A stretch of DNA of 40,000 nt from Helicobacter sp. 12S02232-10. Its GTDB lineage: Bacteria > Campylobacterota > Campylobacteria > Campylobacterales > Helicobacteraceae. Numbering within the stretch: the stretch's first letter is position 1; each line of letters begins with the position of its first letter. Below the pieces are notes generated by a model that was not told the origin of the DNA, searched no databases, and saw only the letters and a program-made list of their open reading frames with translations. The stretch spans positions 109,800 through 149,799 of the forward strand of contig NZ_MLAQ01000001.1 of the NCBI RefSeq assembly GCF_002272895.1. Reading direction: 5' to 3'. The position numbers and the translations under genes are program-made. Of the stretch, positions 1 through 11,001 are shown piece by piece.

Positions 1-1034
1 AAGAGGAAATAAAACAATATATTCTTGAACAACCTTTCATTCAACAATTTTTGCACGAATTTGAAAATGGGAATTATGGCGCGGCTTGTGAAATTGCTTC
101 AAAACATCCTTGTGTCAAAGATTTCAAAGAATATAAAAAAATAGAGGAATATTTTGAAAATGTTTGTGATATCTCAAAATATTTGGTTTTTCAAGATCCT
201 TTAATTGCAAAGGAAAAAATTCAAAAACTTTTGGAACCTTTTAAAAATATATCCGAAAAAAAAATAGATGTAATGACAATTTTAAATAATTGGGATAAAT
301 ATTTCTTGGCTGAAAAATACAGCAAAGAAGAAGATTTTCAAAATTATTTTATGCTTGCCCAGCAATGTCCGTTTTTGAAAAAAAGCAAGACATATCAAAA
401 AATGTATTTAAAATGTGAAAATCTTACTTATAAAGTTCAAAACTTCATCTCAAGTAAAGACTATGCAAAAGCCCAAGAATATTTAGATTTTTTACTTGGT
501 GCAGAACCTTTTAAGGAATTTGTGATAAAAAATCAAAATTTTCTCAATAATATAGAACTTTTTTACGAGAAATGCAAAGCAAAAAATTATGCCGAATGTT
601 ATAAAATGCTTGAATTATATCCCGAAATGGGGGCATCTGAAGAGGCAATAAAGCTTTATGAAGAAATTTTTAATATTTTTGAAGAAGCCAAAAACACTGC
701 TCAGAAAGGCGACACGGTTCAAACATATACTAAAATACAAAAATTTTTTTCCGTGTCAAGTTGGAGAAATAAAGTTAATATCACAATGAAGATAGCCTAT
801 TTGTATGAAATGCACGAAGCTCTAGGAAAGAAAGATTTGCAAATTGATTGGGAAAAAAGCATTAATCAATATGTATTGAGATATGGCAAAGATGATGAGA
901 TTAGGGATTTTTGTAAACTAGAAGAAACATTTCAGTATTTTCTGGATAATATTGCAGAAACTTCTAAAAAAAGGCCTAATGAAAATATTAACCATATACA
1001 AAGTATTATTTTCATAAAGAATACTGAAGGTTAA
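1..1034 (+). CDS. hypothetical protein, 5' end outside window
   Basis: The frame of the 51..1034 ORF stays open back to base 3, and the track start is a TTG. K/E/F-rich helical composition with no recognisable motif. Confidence 0.6.
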   Translation, partial: EEIKQYILEQPFIQQFLHEFENGNYGAACEIASKHPCVKDFKEYKKIEEYFENVCDISKYLVFQDPLIAKEKIQKLLEPFKNISEKKIDVMTILNNWDKYFLAEKYSKEEDFQNYFMLAQQCPFLKKSKTYQKMYLKCENLTYKVQNFISSKDYAKAQEYLDFLLGAEPFKEFVIKNQNFLNNIELFYEKCKAKNYAECYKMLELYPEMGASEEAIKLYEEIFNIFEEAKNTAQKGDTVQTYTKIQKFFSVSSWRNKVNITMKIAYLYEMHEALGKKDLQIDWEKSINQYVLRYGKDDEIRDFCKLEETFQYFLDNIAETSKKRPNENINHIQSIIFIKNTEG

Positions 1035-1037
1035 AAT

Positions 1038-1397
1038 ATGCACGAATACTCCGTAGTTTCCTCTCTTATCGAACTTTGCGAAGAACACGCCCGTAAAAAT
1101 AATGCTTTTAAAATTGAAAAAATAGTCGTTGGCATTGGTGAAAGGAGTGGTATGGATAAAAGCTTGTTTTTAAGTGCTTTTGAAACCTTCAGGGAAGAAT
1201 CATCTGTTTGTAAGGATGCAGTTTTAGATATCATAGAAGAAAAAGTTGAACTTGAATGTAAAGATTGTAATTTTCGCTTTACTCCACAAAATATTGATTA
1301 TGGTATATGTCCGCATTGTAAAGGGAAGAATCTAGATATTATTAAAGGGCGGGAAATGAATCTTTTGTCTTTAGAAATGATTGGAGAAACCGATTAA
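1038..1397 (+). CDS. hypA: hydrogenase/urease nickel incorporation protein HypA
   Basis: N-terminal MHE nickel motif and two CxxC pairs (CKDC...CPHC). 119 aa, ATG 3 nt after the upstream stop. Confidence 0.93.
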   Translation: MHEYSVVSSLIELCEEHARKNNAFKIEKIVVGIGERSGMDKSLFLSAFETFREESSVCKDAVLDIIEEKVELECKDCNFRFTPQNIDYGICPHCKGKNLDIIKGREMNLLSLEMIGETD

Positions 1398-1398
1398 A

Positions 1399-1986
1399 AT
1401 GGAAGATAAGCAAATTTTTCAAGATTTTATTGAAAAAAGTTCCGACATCAAGGAAAGTTGGGAAATAGCACAGCTCTTTGAAGAGGAAAGAGAGAAATTT
1501 AAACAAGAAATATTTTCTTATAAACAAGATATTTTGCAGGCAAAAAAAACATTAAAAAAAATGCGTCTTCAAATCGCAGATTCTAAAGATAAGATTGAAA
1601 AGTTTGAAGAGTTGAAAAACCAAAAAATTAGCGAAATTGAAGCAATTAAACAAGATCTTTTCAAACAAAAAATCAAAAAAAATATTTCTAAACTGAATCA
1701 CGAAAAATATCAAATCATCAATGAAAAAAAAGAAGAAATACTCCCCAAACCTTTAGAGACTGTTGATATTTATCTCAAGGATGGATCGGTGGCCAAAGCC
1801 CGACCTGCAAAAAGAATTTTTACTGATAATTTATATAAAAAATACCGCGTTATTTTGAAAGAAAATAAAATACTCAAAGAACAAATTTTAGAATTCGAGT
1901 TGGAAAATTCAAAACTCAAAATCGAACTAAGAGATTTTTATGCAGAAGACATTTTAAAATCAAACCGATCTTCAAGGGAAGATTGA
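1399..1986 (+). CDS. coiled-coil hypothetical protein
   Basis: K/E/Q-rich heptad-like sequence. The ATG at 1399, just after the hypA stop, is preferred to the TTG at 1381. It sits where a hypothetical gene separates hypA from lpxB in H. pylori, as I recall. Confidence 0.7.
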   Translation: MEDKQIFQDFIEKSSDIKESWEIAQLFEEEREKFKQEIFSYKQDILQAKKTLKKMRLQIADSKDKIEKFEELKNQKISEIEAIKQDLFKQKIKKNISKLNHEKYQIINEKKEEILPKPLETVDIYLKDGSVAKARPAKRIFTDNLYKKYRVILKENKILKEQILEFELENSKLKIELRDFYAEDILKSNRSSRED

Positions 1987-3054
1987 ATGCAAAAAATTCT
2001 TATCAGCGCTCTTGAGCCTAGTTCAAACATACATTTAAGAGAACTCAAAAAATATTTGAAAAACGTTGAATTCATAGGTATTTTTGAAGAAGACTTGGGA
2101 AATCCAATTTATAGTCCGAAAGAATTTGCAATTATGGGTTTTGGAGATATTTTGGGAAAAATAAGTTTTTTTTACAATGCCAATAAAAAAATGGCTGATT
2201 TAGCAATGCAGGCAGATATGGCACTTTTGATGGATGCTTCTTCGTTTAATATTCCTTTGGCAAAAAACATCAAGCGTTTGGATTCTAAAAAACCCATTAT
2301 TTACTATATTTTACCTCAAGTTTGGGCGTGGAAAAGCTGGAGGGCAAAAAAGATTGAATACTATTGCGATAAGCTTGGAGCTATATTGCCTTTTGAGACT
2401 TCATTTTATAAGAATAAAGTCTCTTATGTCGGTCATCCTTTGCTAGATGAAATCCATTATCAAAAACAAAGCATCGCGGGGGAGGGGATTGTATTTATGC
2501 CTGGAAGCAGAAGAGGGGAAATCAAAAGAATATTCCCGATTTTTGCACAAGTTGCAAAAAAACTTATCGATAAAAAAAAGATTTTAATTGTTCCTCAATG
2601 TTTTGAAAATATGAATTTAGAATCAATTTATGGGGAAGAAATCAACCTTTTTGAAATCTCTTTCAATGCACATCAAAGTCTTTATGAAGCAGAATTTGCT
2701 TTTATTTGTAGTGGCACTGCAACCCTTGAAGCCGCTCTTATAGGAACTCCTTTTGTGTTGGCTTATAGGGCTAGAAAACTTGATTTTGCCATTGCAAAGT
2801 TTTTCGTAAAACTTTCCTATATAGGACTTGCAAATATTTTTTATAATGCTTTAAATGGTGAAAATCCTGGGAGAGGAAAAACAAAACTCCATCAAGAGTT
2901 TATCCAAGATGAACTCAGTGTTAAAAATCTTTTGGAGGCATATGATAAAACCGATAAAGAAAAATTTTTGATAGAATCCGATAAGATAAGACGATATTTA
3001 AAACACGGCAGTGCTAAAAATATTGCGGAATGGATAAAATTAACGTTAAATTAA
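1987..3054 (+). CDS. lpxB: lipid-A-disaccharide synthase
   Basis: 355 aa, typical LpxB N-terminus (ISALEPSSN) and length. hypA/lpxB/greA/dut neighbourhood as in Helicobacter. Confidence 0.9.
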   Translation: MQKILISALEPSSNIHLRELKKYLKNVEFIGIFEEDLGNPIYSPKEFAIMGFGDILGKISFFYNANKKMADLAMQADMALLMDASSFNIPLAKNIKRLDSKKPIIYYILPQVWAWKSWRAKKIEYYCDKLGAILPFETSFYKNKVSYVGHPLLDEIHYQKQSIAGEGIVFMPGSRRGEIKRIFPIFAQVAKKLIDKKKILIVPQCFENMNLESIYGEEINLFEISFNAHQSLYEAEFAFICSGTATLEAALIGTPFVLAYRARKLDFAIAKFFVKLSYIGLANIFYNALNGENPGRGKTKLHQEFIQDELSVKNLLEAYDKTDKEKFLIESDKIRRYLKHGSAKNIAEWIKLTLN

Positions 3055-3098
3055 ATTCCAATTTTATATGATTATGGTTTTAGTTTAGGAGATAGTAA

Positions 3099-3590
3099 AT
3101 GAATAAAGAGCCTATGAGCCAATACGGGTATGAGAAAATTTGCACCGAACTTAAAAATCTTAAAGAAGTTGAACGTCCCAATATTGTCAAAGAAATTGAC
3201 ATCGCTAGACAGCACGGAGATTTGAAAGAGAATGCTGAATACCACGCTGCAAAAGAAAAACAGCTTTTTATAGAAGCTAGAATCAATGATTTAACTCAAA
3301 TATTAAATAATGCCCAAGTTATAGATCCTGCCACTCTTGCTCATCACAAAGTAAGCTTTGGGAGTACTGTGAAAATTTTAAATCTTGATAATAATAAAGA
3401 ATTTTCTTATACAATTGTTGGGAGTGTGGAGAGTGATCCTACTAGAGGGTTAATATCGTTTGGTTCTCCCATTGCCAAGAGCCTAATAGGAAAAGAAAAA
3501 GGCGATGAAGTCAGTATCAAATTCCCTTCAGGGGAAAGTGATTTTGAAATATTGGAAATATCTTATCAAAAAATCGAGTTTGAAAAATGA
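3099..3590 (+). CDS. greA: transcription elongation factor GreA
   Basis: 163 aa with GreA hallmarks ([18 protein letters not shown]; C-terminal [14 protein letters not shown]). GGAG RBS upstream. Confidence 0.95.
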   Translation: MNKEPMSQYGYEKICTELKNLKEVERPNIVKEIDIARQHGDLKENAEYHAAKEKQLFIEARINDLTQILNNAQVIDPATLAHHKVSFGSTVKILNLDNNKEFSYTIVGSVESDPTRGLISFGSPIAKSLIGKEKGDEVSIKFPSGESDFEILEISYQKIEFEK

Positions 3591-4018
3591 AAGTAAAAAT
3601 TAAAAAACTACACCCTGATGCTATCATTCCAAAATATCACACTCAAGGAGCAGCAGGCTTTGATTTTTGCGCTCTTGAAAACTCCATTATTTTAGCCGGA
3701 AAAATTGGGTTGATTAAAACTGGGCTAAGTGTATCGATGGAAGAAGGATATGAACTTCAAATCAGACCTAGAAGTGGTTTGGCATTAAAACATTGTGTGA
3801 GTGTTCTAAATTCTCCCGGAACTATCGATAGTGACTACAGAGGCGAAATTATGATTATTTTAATCAACCATTCAGACGTTGATTTTGTAATTTCTGCAGG
3901 AGATAGGATTGCTCAAGGCGTTATCAATAAAATTTATCAAGCCGAATTCATTGAAGTAGAAGAACTTGAATGCACAACAAGAGGGAGTGGCGGATTTGGA
4001 AGCAGTGGTATAAAATAA
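3587..4018 (+). CDS. dut: dUTP diphosphatase
   Basis: 143 aa with dUTPase motifs ([34 protein letters not shown]). ATGA overlap with greA. Confidence 0.95.
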   Translation: MKVKIKKLHPDAIIPKYHTQGAAGFDFCALENSIILAGKIGLIKTGLSVSMEEGYELQIRPRSGLALKHCVSVLNSPGTIDSDYRGEIMIILINHSDVDFVISAGDRIAQGVINKIYQAEFIEVEELECTTRGSGGFGSSGIK

Positions 4019-4037
4019 GTTATGGAGGAGAAAATCT

Positions 4038-4685
4038 ATGGGAATTAAAAATAACATAAAACAGATACAAGAAGAGTTTAAGGGAGATGAGAAAATTTTG
4101 GAAAATGCCTTTAAACTTGAAAGGTTGTATTATAAATATAAATATTTATTGTTAGTCGCTGTAATCATTTTAATTGTTTGGTTGGGGTATTATAATTTTT
4201 CCAAATATGAAGCTCAAAAGCACGCACAAAAAACAACTGCCATTTATAATGAATTATTAAAAAATCCTCAAAATCAAGCTCTTTTAGATGAATTGAAAGC
4301 AAGTTCTACGGATTTATATGACCTTTATATGTATGCTCAAGCTTTAAAAAACAATGATGAAAAAATCCTTGAATCTTTAAAAAACTCCAAAAATCCAATT
4401 ATTAAAACTTTGGCAGATTACCAATATGCCTCTTATTCCAAAAATCTCATCGAGCTAGAAAAAACAAATGTAACTCCAATGAAAGATTTTTCTATTTTGC
4501 AGGAGGCTTATTTACTTTATGGTCAAAACAAAATTCCTCAAGCAAAAGCTTTGCTAAATCAGATAGAAAGAACATCTTCTGTTTTTCAGATTGCTTCTAT
4601 CTTAAAACATTATGGAGTTTGGATGTCCCAATCAAAGGATGATTCAGATAAAAAATCTACAGAGGATAAAAGTGAAAAACAATAA
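4038..4685 (+). CDS. YfgM-like single-pass membrane protein
   Basis: N-terminal TM helix (LLLVAVIILIVWLGYY) followed by a helical-repeat domain. GGAGGAG RBS. It is followed by a BamB-like lipoprotein, as yfgM-bamB are in enterics. Confidence 0.55.
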   Translation: MGIKNNIKQIQEEFKGDEKILENAFKLERLYYKYKYLLLVAVIILIVWLGYYNFSKYEAQKHAQKTTAIYNELLKNPQNQALLDELKASSTDLYDLYMYAQALKNNDEKILESLKNSKNPIIKTLADYQYASYSKNLIELEKTNVTPMKDFSILQEAYLLYGQNKIPQAKALLNQIERTSSVFQIASILKHYGVWMSQSKDDSDKKSTEDKSEKQ

Positions 4686-5697
4686 AAACGTTTATTTTAT
4701 ACTTGCAGCAATAATCTTTTTTGTCGGATGCAGTTCAAAAAAATATTTTGAACCTCCAAGAATTGCTGGTTCAATTAAATTTGACCATGAACTTAAAAAT
4801 AAAATAGATGCTTCAAACCGGTTTGGAGCTGTCTTAAACAACGGAACCGTGATTGATGCAGATGGAATTACTTATTTAAAAATCAACAAAAAATCTGTAT
4901 TCCTCAATGAAACTAACGATTACTATATCATTGCCCAAGATTGTCACAATATAGAGTTGATCAATAAAAGTACTCAAAAGTCAATAATCATTCCAACAGC
5001 GACTTGTCCTCTTGGGGCTTCTATAAAAAATGATTTGCTAGGAATCATTCTTGCTGATAATTCGGCAAATATCTATGACATTAACACAAAAAATATTCTT
5101 TTTTCTCAAAAAGGTACGTCTAGTCTTGCGATTAATTCTTTAGTAGCTGCCCCGGTTTTTTTAGATACATTAGTTGTATTTCCAACTCTTGATGGAAGAC
5201 TTTTGGTCGTAGATGTCAAGAATTTTGTCCCAGTTAGAAATATTATTATTAATAGTGAAAAATTTTTTAATAATGTAACTTATTTGGTTGCAGATGGTGA
5301 AAATATGTTTGCTGCAACAGGAAAAAGACTAGTCTCAATCATCTCCGGACAAGAATTTAGCTATGATGGAGATATTATAGATATTTTGTATAACGGTCAA
5401 TATGTTTATATTTTAACGCTTGAGGGACAAATTATTCAAATGGATAAAACGCTTCGGGAGGTCAATAAAATAAAATTGCCCTTCGCATCTTTAAATGCCA
5501 TTGTTATTGTCGGGAATAAACTTTATACTATTGAAAAACGTGGCTATTTGATTGAGGTTGATACAGTGAATTTTAACTATAAAGTGTTTGAAGTTAAAAG
5601 TTCTCTAGGGAGAATGAAACTCAATAAAATGAATTTTTATGATAAACACAGAATTTATTATGACAAATATTATCTTGACTTTGACAAAGAGCACTGA
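4672..5697 (+). CDS. lipoprotein, probable beta-propeller (BamB-like)
   Basis: Lipobox FFVGC after a signal peptide if the GTG at 4672 is used (the track start 4612 overlaps the upstream gene by 74 nt). Repeated DG.L..VD/ EG.I..MD strand motifs are typical of propeller blades. Confidence 0.55.
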   Translation: MKNNKNVYFILAAIIFFVGCSSKKYFEPPRIAGSIKFDHELKNKIDASNRFGAVLNNGTVIDADGITYLKINKKSVFLNETNDYYIIAQDCHNIELINKSTQKSIIIPTATCPLGASIKNDLLGIILADNSANIYDINTKNILFSQKGTSSLAINSLVAAPVFLDTLVVFPTLDGRLLVVDVKNFVPVRNIIINSEKFFNNVTYLVADGENMFAATGKRLVSIISGQEFSYDGDIIDILYNGQYVYILTLEGQIIQMDKTLREVNKIKLPFASLNAIVIVGNKLYTIEKRGYLIEVDTVNFNYKVFEVKSSLGRMKLNKMNFYDKHRIYYDKYYLDFDKEH

Positions 5698-6338
5698 TGA
5701 TACTTTGCGATATCGGGAATACTTATATTCACTTTTGTGATAAATATCGTATTTGGAAAAATCAACCTGAACGCATTGATAAAGAAAAGCTTTATGCAGA
5801 TATTTATTATATCAGTGTAAATGCCGAAAATGAAAAAAAGCTTCTCAAAGCATATAAAAATTCTTACAATATTGCTAAAATAATTGAATTTGACACTTCT
5901 TATGAAGGTCTTGGAATTGATCGTAAAGCTGCGTGTTTAGGTGTTAATGATGGTGTTGTGATCGATGCGGGGAGTGCTATTACTGTAGATGTTATGCACG
6001 AAGGAAAACATCAGGGTGGATATATTTTGCCCGGATTGGTAACTTATACTAAAGCATACAAACAGATATCTTCTGCTTTAGATAAACAAATAAATTTTGG
6101 AATTTCTTTAGAAGAAATGCCCTTAGATACTCGTTCTGCAATTAGTTTTGGAATGTTAAAGAGCATTGTGTCTTGTATTGGAGACACAATTAGGGATAAA
6201 AAAGCTTATTTTACCGGAGGAGATGGAAAATTTTTGGCAAAATTTTTTAAAGAATCTATTTATAATGAAATGCTTGTTTTTAATGGTATGCAGATTTCTA
6301 TTGATAGGGCATTGAACAAACATAAGGAGAAAGAATGA
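5697..6338 (+). CDS. coaX: type III pantothenate kinase
   Basis: N-terminal LCDIGNT motif, internal IDAGSA and GGDG motifs, 213 aa. Confidence 0.9.
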   Translation: MILCDIGNTYIHFCDKYRIWKNQPERIDKEKLYADIYYISVNAENEKKLLKAYKNSYNIAKIIEFDTSYEGLGIDRKAACLGVNDGVVIDAGSAITVDVMHEGKHQGGYILPGLVTYTKAYKQISSALDKQINFGISLEEMPLDTRSAISFGMLKSIVSCIGDTIRDKKAYFTGGDGKFLAKFFKESIYNEMLVFNGMQISIDRALNKHKEKE

Positions 6339-6946
6339 TCACAGTCGCTCTGCCCAAAGGAAGAATCGCAGATGAAACGTTGGAATTATTCAATAAAGTA
6401 TTTAAACAAGATTTTGTTTTTAAAGATAGAAAATTAGTTCTTGAACATATGGGGTTTAAATTTTTACTTGTGCGTAATCAAGATGTACCTACTTATGTCC
6501 ATTATCAGGCTGCTGATATTGGAGTAGTGGGTCTTGATGTTTTGGAAGAACATGAATCAGATTTGATCCGATTGCTTGATCTTGGCATAGGAAAATGCAA
6601 GGTTGTCTTGGGTTCTGCAATTGGCAAAGATATAGATTATCGCAAGCCTCGTGTAAAAATCGCTACAAAAATGCCTCATATTACAATGAAATATTTTTCA
6701 AAAAAAGCAATTGCCATAGATGTGATAAAATTATATGGTTCTATTGAATTAGCGCCATTAGTTGATTTATCTGATGGAATCGTCGATATTGTAGAAACAG
6801 GAGCTACAATGAAGCAAAATAATCTTAAGATAGATGAAATCATTATGGATTCAAGTGCTTATCTAATCGCCAATAAAAATAGTTTTTATAATAAAAAACA
6901 AGCTATTCTTGATTTGCAGTCTGAATTTCAATCTCTTGTAGGATAA
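6335..6946 (+). CDS. hisG: ATP phosphoribosyltransferase (short form)
   Basis: ITVALPKGR N-terminus, DIVETGATMKQN motif, 203 aa. Confidence 0.93.
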   Translation: MITVALPKGRIADETLELFNKVFKQDFVFKDRKLVLEHMGFKFLLVRNQDVPTYVHYQAADIGVVGLDVLEEHESDLIRLLDLGIGKCKVVLGSAIGKDIDYRKPRVKIATKMPHITMKYFSKKAIAIDVIKLYGSIELAPLVDLSDGIVDIVETGATMKQNNLKIDEIIMDSSAYLIANKNSFYNKKQAILDLQSEFQSLVG

Positions 6947-6948
6947 AA

Positions 6949-7248
6949 ATGAAAAAAATATTTTGTTGTATTTTTTGTTTTACTACCTTTCTTTTTGCCC
7001 AATGGCAAATGTTTAGCGATAAAACTGACACATATATTTATAATACGACCACTGGAGAAATTTATATTCGATACAAAAAAAATGGAAAAAACTATGAAGA
7101 TTTGTTTGTAAAAATGCCCAAAGGCATTATCCCAGAAAAACAAAACAATCTTCCATCTTCTTTGGAACCCAAAAAAGATGATGTAGCCTTGGAAGCGATT
7201 AAGAAAGCTAATGAGTTGATGAATCACTCCATAGATGGAGGATTGTAA
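6949..7248 (+). CDS. small secreted hypothetical protein
   Basis: N-terminal signal-like segment (IFCCIFCFTTFLFA). 99 aa, tightly packed between hisG and the next gene. Confidence 0.6.
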   Translation: MKKIFCCIFCFTTFLFAQWQMFSDKTDTYIYNTTTGEIYIRYKKNGKNYEDLFVKMPKGIIPEKQNNLPSSLEPKKDDVALEAIKKANELMNHSIDGGL

Positions 7249-8036
7249 TGGAAAAATTAGATTTACTCTCTATTTTTATCATTGCATTAAATATGTCTTT
7301 GTCCCATTGCATTTGGATGTGTGGGGGCATTGTTATTGCTTATTCAAACGGAAAAATTCATCAAAATTCAAATGGTTTTTATCAGATCTTTTGCCACACC
7401 CTTTATAACTTAGGCAGAATCACTTCCTATATGATCATCGGAGGAATCAGCGCTTCAATAGGGTATGGTATTGCAGTATCAACGGGTACAAAAGGTTTTT
7501 TATTTATCGCCATTGGGATTCTTTTGATTTTGTTTGCTTTTTTATATATGTTTTTTCCAAAAGCAATTGCTTATATTGAACCTTCACTTTCAAGAAATTC
7601 AAAGAATAAGCTCTCTGAATGGTTTCAGATATCCTTTAAATGGCTGATGACTTCGAAAAATTTATGGAGCTTTTATGGATTGGGGATTTTAAACGGGTTT
7701 CTTCCTTGCGGAATGGTGTATTTTTTTGCTCTTAGCGCCGCACTTGCCCCAAATGTTTTGATGGGAATGGCTACGATGGGAGCATTTGGAATTGCAACTT
7801 TTTTACCGATGTTTATACTTGGATTTGTGTCGGGTAAATTTATAACCTCTTCTTGCAGAAGTTTTTTTATGAAGCTATCTTTTATCTTAATGTTGTGTTT
7901 TGGAGGATATAGTATCTATAAGGGTATTTTAATGTTTGAGGGAAAATCAATGCATTCTATGCAACACCATCAGAAAAAATCTTCTGAAGAAATCATTATT
8001 ATGAATCATCCTAAACATTCTGAGGATATGCAATGA
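7248..8036 (+). CDS. integral membrane protein with HCxxMCGG motif (DsbD_2/UreH-like transmembrane family)
   Basis: Six or more hydrophobic segments, an SHCIWMCGG motif in TM1 and an LPCGMVY motif later. The family name is from memory of this motif pair. Confidence 0.55.
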   Translation: MEKLDLLSIFIIALNMSLSHCIWMCGGIVIAYSNGKIHQNSNGFYQIFCHTLYNLGRITSYMIIGGISASIGYGIAVSTGTKGFLFIAIGILLILFAFLYMFFPKAIAYIEPSLSRNSKNKLSEWFQISFKWLMTSKNLWSFYGLGILNGFLPCGMVYFFALSAALAPNVLMGMATMGAFGIATFLPMFILGFVSGKFITSSCRSFFMKLSFILMLCFGGYSIYKGILMFEGKSMHSMQHHQKKSSEEIIIMNHPKHSEDMQ

Positions 8037-8581
8037 AAGCTGTATTTTTTGATAGAGATGGGATTGTAAATGAGGATTTTGCCTATGTTTATGAACCTGA
8101 AGAATTTATTTTTATGGAAGGTATTTTTGATTTACTTAAATTTTGCAAAGAAAAAGGGTTTTTGTTACTTTTGACTACGAATCAGTCGGGTATAGGCAGG
8201 GGATATTACACTCTTGAAGACTTTAAAGAAGTGACACGCTATATGCAAGATGAATTAAAAAAAAGATTGGGTTTTGGATTTGATAGCATTTATTTTTGTC
8301 CTCATGATCCCAAAGAAGATTGTTTGTGTCGCAAACCCAAACCCGGAATGATAGAAAAAGCAAAAAAAGATTATGATCTTGAACTTGATAAATGTTTTAT
8401 TATTGGGGATAAGATAACAGATATGCAAGCAGGTGAAGCCGGAGGGGTTAAAAATAAAATCCTCTTAAAAAAAGGCAATGAAAAAGCTTCTGGAATAGAA
8501 AATGTTCATATCGTATTTTCTCTCAAGCAGGCTTTAGATGTTATGAATAATTTATTGGGAGAAGAAAATGAGTTACATTGA
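8033..8581 (+). CDS. gmhB: D-glycero-beta-D-manno-heptose 1,7-bisphosphate phosphatase
   Basis: HAD motif FFDRDG, TNQSGIGRG, CxC/CRKPKPGM zinc loop, GDKxTD. Confidence 0.93.
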   Translation: MKAVFFDRDGIVNEDFAYVYEPEEFIFMEGIFDLLKFCKEKGFLLLLTTNQSGIGRGYYTLEDFKEVTRYMQDELKKRLGFGFDSIYFCPHDPKEDCLCRKPKPGMIEKAKKDYDLELDKCFIIGDKITDMQAGEAGGVKNKILLKKGNEKASGIENVHIVFSLKQALDVMNNLLGEENELH

Positions 8582-9566
8582 AAACACTTTAAAAGGAAAG
8601 ACGGTATTAATAACCGGTGGAGCAGGTTTTATAGGCAGCAATCTTGCCTTTTATTTCCAAAAAAATCACCCTGAAACAAAAGTTATTGTGTTTGATAAAT
8701 TTCGAGATTCCCATACTTTTCCAAGTGGAAATCCGACCTCATTGGGGCATTTTAAAAATCTTATCGGCTTCAAAGGAGAGGTTATTATAGGTGATATCAA
8801 CAATTTTGGGGATTTAGAGACAATAGAAAGTCTGAATTTTGATTATATTTTTCATCAAGCTGCCATCTCAGATACCACGGTTTTAGATCAAGAATTAGTA
8901 ATGAGAACTAATTATGAGGCATTTTTAAATTTGCTTGACATTGCTTCAGATAAAAAAGCTGTTATGATTTATGCCTCATCAGCTGGAACCTACGGCAATT
9001 CTCCAGCTCCAAATGGTGTTGGAAATGGTGAAGAACCTGAAAATATTTATGGATTTTCCAAACTCTGTATGGATCAAAATGTTAGAAAAATTCTTCAAAA
9101 CAATCCAAAAGCTCCTATTATTGGACTAAGGTATTTCAATGTTTATGGGCAAAAAGAATTTTACAAAGGCAGGACAGCTTCAATGATTCTCCAACTTGGA
9201 TTGCAAGCTCTTGAAAATAAAAAAGTTAAAATTTTTGAATTTGGCGAACAAAAACGTGATTTTGTCTATATTGAAGATGTTATTCAAGCCAATATAAAGG
9301 CTATGGAAGCTAAAAAAGGCGGTATCTATAATGTCGGTTATGGAAAAGCAAAGAGTTATAACGATATTATAAAATGTCTTAAAAATGAGCTTGGGGAATT
9401 TGAAGTCCAATATATCAAAAATCCTTATAAGTTTTTTCAAACGCACACTGAAGCCGATATACAAGAAACAATAACAGATTTAAAATATGAACCTAAGTTT
9501 GATTTAGAATCAGGAATTAAAAGCTATATAAGGCAAATCAAAGAAATTTATGAAGGGATAAAGTAA
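8568..9566 (+). CDS. rfaD: ADP-L-glycero-D-manno-heptose 6-epimerase
   Basis: Rossmann ITGGAGFIGSN, SSAGTYG and YGFSK catalytic motifs, 332 aa. Lies inside the heptose operon. Confidence 0.93.
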   Translation: MSYIENTLKGKTVLITGGAGFIGSNLAFYFQKNHPETKVIVFDKFRDSHTFPSGNPTSLGHFKNLIGFKGEVIIGDINNFGDLETIESLNFDYIFHQAAISDTTVLDQELVMRTNYEAFLNLLDIASDKKAVMIYASSAGTYGNSPAPNGVGNGEEPENIYGFSKLCMDQNVRKILQNNPKAPIIGLRYFNVYGQKEFYKGRTASMILQLGLQALENKKVKIFEFGEQKRDFVYIEDVIQANIKAMEAKKGGIYNVGYGKAKSYNDIIKCLKNELGEFEVQYIKNPYKFFQTHTEADIQETITDLKYEPKFDLESGIKSYIRQIKEIYEGIK

Positions 9567-10991
9567 ATGTTTGGACTTGATAACAAAACACCTCGTATTC
9601 TTGTAATAGGGGATTTGATGATAGACCATTATGTTTGGGGAAAATGTGAGCGCATATCTCCTGAAGCACCAGTTCAGATTGCTGAAGTCAAAGATGAAAG
9701 CAATCGATTAGGTGGGGCTTGTAATGTTGCTAATAATCTTTTCTCTTTGGGCGCAGCGGTTAGTTTGTGTGGGGTTATAGGAGATGATGATACTGGCAGA
9801 TGGTTGGTTAAAAATCTTGATTTAAGAGGAATTGATATCAGTAATATTTTTATTCTCCCTAATCGTCCCACCACAAAAAAAACACGTGTTATTGTTTCAA
9901 ATCAACAAGTTTTAAGGGTTGATAGAGAAGATAAAACTGAAATTCCTGAAAATATTTCATCTGAAATAATAGAAATGATTGAAAACAAAATCTCAAATTT
10001 TGAATGCATTATTTTATCTGATTATAATAAAGGTGTTTTGAACGAAGCGCTAACACAACGCTTGATCAAGTTGGCAAGAAGTGAAAATAAACTCATTTTA
10101 TGCGACCCAAAAGGAAAAGATTATCAAAAATATGCAGGAGCCACCCTTTTAACTCCAAATAAAAATGAAGCTCAAATAGCTACAAAAATTGATATCGTTG
10201 ATGATAAAAGCCTCACTGTAGCCTTAAAGTTTCTAAAGGATAAATATAAACTTAAGATTTCTCTGATTACCCTAAGCGAAGATGGTATAGCACTGCTTGA
10301 TAAAAACGACAAATTGATTAAAATCCCTACCATTGCTAAAGAAGTTTATGACGTTACGGGGGCTGGGGATACCGTCATAGCAGCCTTAGGATTTGCCCTT
10401 TCTGGAGAGCTTGATATTTATAAGGCTTGTGAATTTGCCAATGCCGCTGCAGCTGTAGTGGTTGGTAAAGTAGGGAGTGCGACAGTATCATATGCTGAAA
10501 TTGTTCAGTATATGCATTCCAGAAATCAGTCAGATTGCAATGATAAAATTCTTTCAAAATCTTCTCTTTTGACCATATTGCAATCATTGAAAAACAAAAA
10601 AATTATTTTTACCAATGGTTGTTTTGATATTCTTCATAAGGGGCATATTTTTTATCTACAAAAAGCAAAAAATTTAGGGGATATTCTGATTGTTGGTTTA
10701 AACAGCGATGCTTCAGTAAAAAAGCTCAAAGGAGAAAAAAGACCCATCAATTCCCAAGATGATAGAGCATTTGTACTTGCTGGTCTTGAAAGTGTGGATT
10801 TTGTTGTGATTTTTGATGAAGATACTCCTGAAGAGCTCATTGCTTCTATTCGGCCTGATGTCTTGGTTAAAGGGAAAGATTATGAAGGAAAAGAAGTAGC
10901 CGGAACAAAATATGCCAAAGAACTTAAGCTCGTAGATTTTGTCGATGGAAGATCGACCACAAGTATTTTAAAGAAAGTCAAATCGCTATAA
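9567..10991 (+). CDS. hldE: bifunctional D-beta-D-heptose 7-phosphate kinase / heptose 1-phosphate adenylyltransferase
   Basis: 474 aa. N-terminal ribokinase-like domain (GGACNVA, TGAGDT) and C-terminal cytidylyltransferase domain ([12 protein letters not shown]). Confidence 0.95.
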   Translation: MFGLDNKTPRILVIGDLMIDHYVWGKCERISPEAPVQIAEVKDESNRLGGACNVANNLFSLGAAVSLCGVIGDDDTGRWLVKNLDLRGIDISNIFILPNRPTTKKTRVIVSNQQVLRVDREDKTEIPENISSEIIEMIENKISNFECIILSDYNKGVLNEALTQRLIKLARSENKLILCDPKGKDYQKYAGATLLTPNKNEAQIATKIDIVDDKSLTVALKFLKDKYKLKISLITLSEDGIALLDKNDKLIKIPTIAKEVYDVTGAGDTVIAALGFALSGELDIYKACEFANAAAAVVVGKVGSATVSYAEIVQYMHSRNQSDCNDKILSKSSLLTILQSLKNKKIIFTNGCFDILHKGHIFYLQKAKNLGDILIVGLNSDASVKKLKGEKRPINSQDDRAFVLAGLESVDFVVIFDEDTPEELIASIRPDVLVKGKDYEGKEVAGTKYAKELKLVDFVDGRSTTSILKKVKSL

Positions 10992-11001
10992 GGAATTTAT
11001 A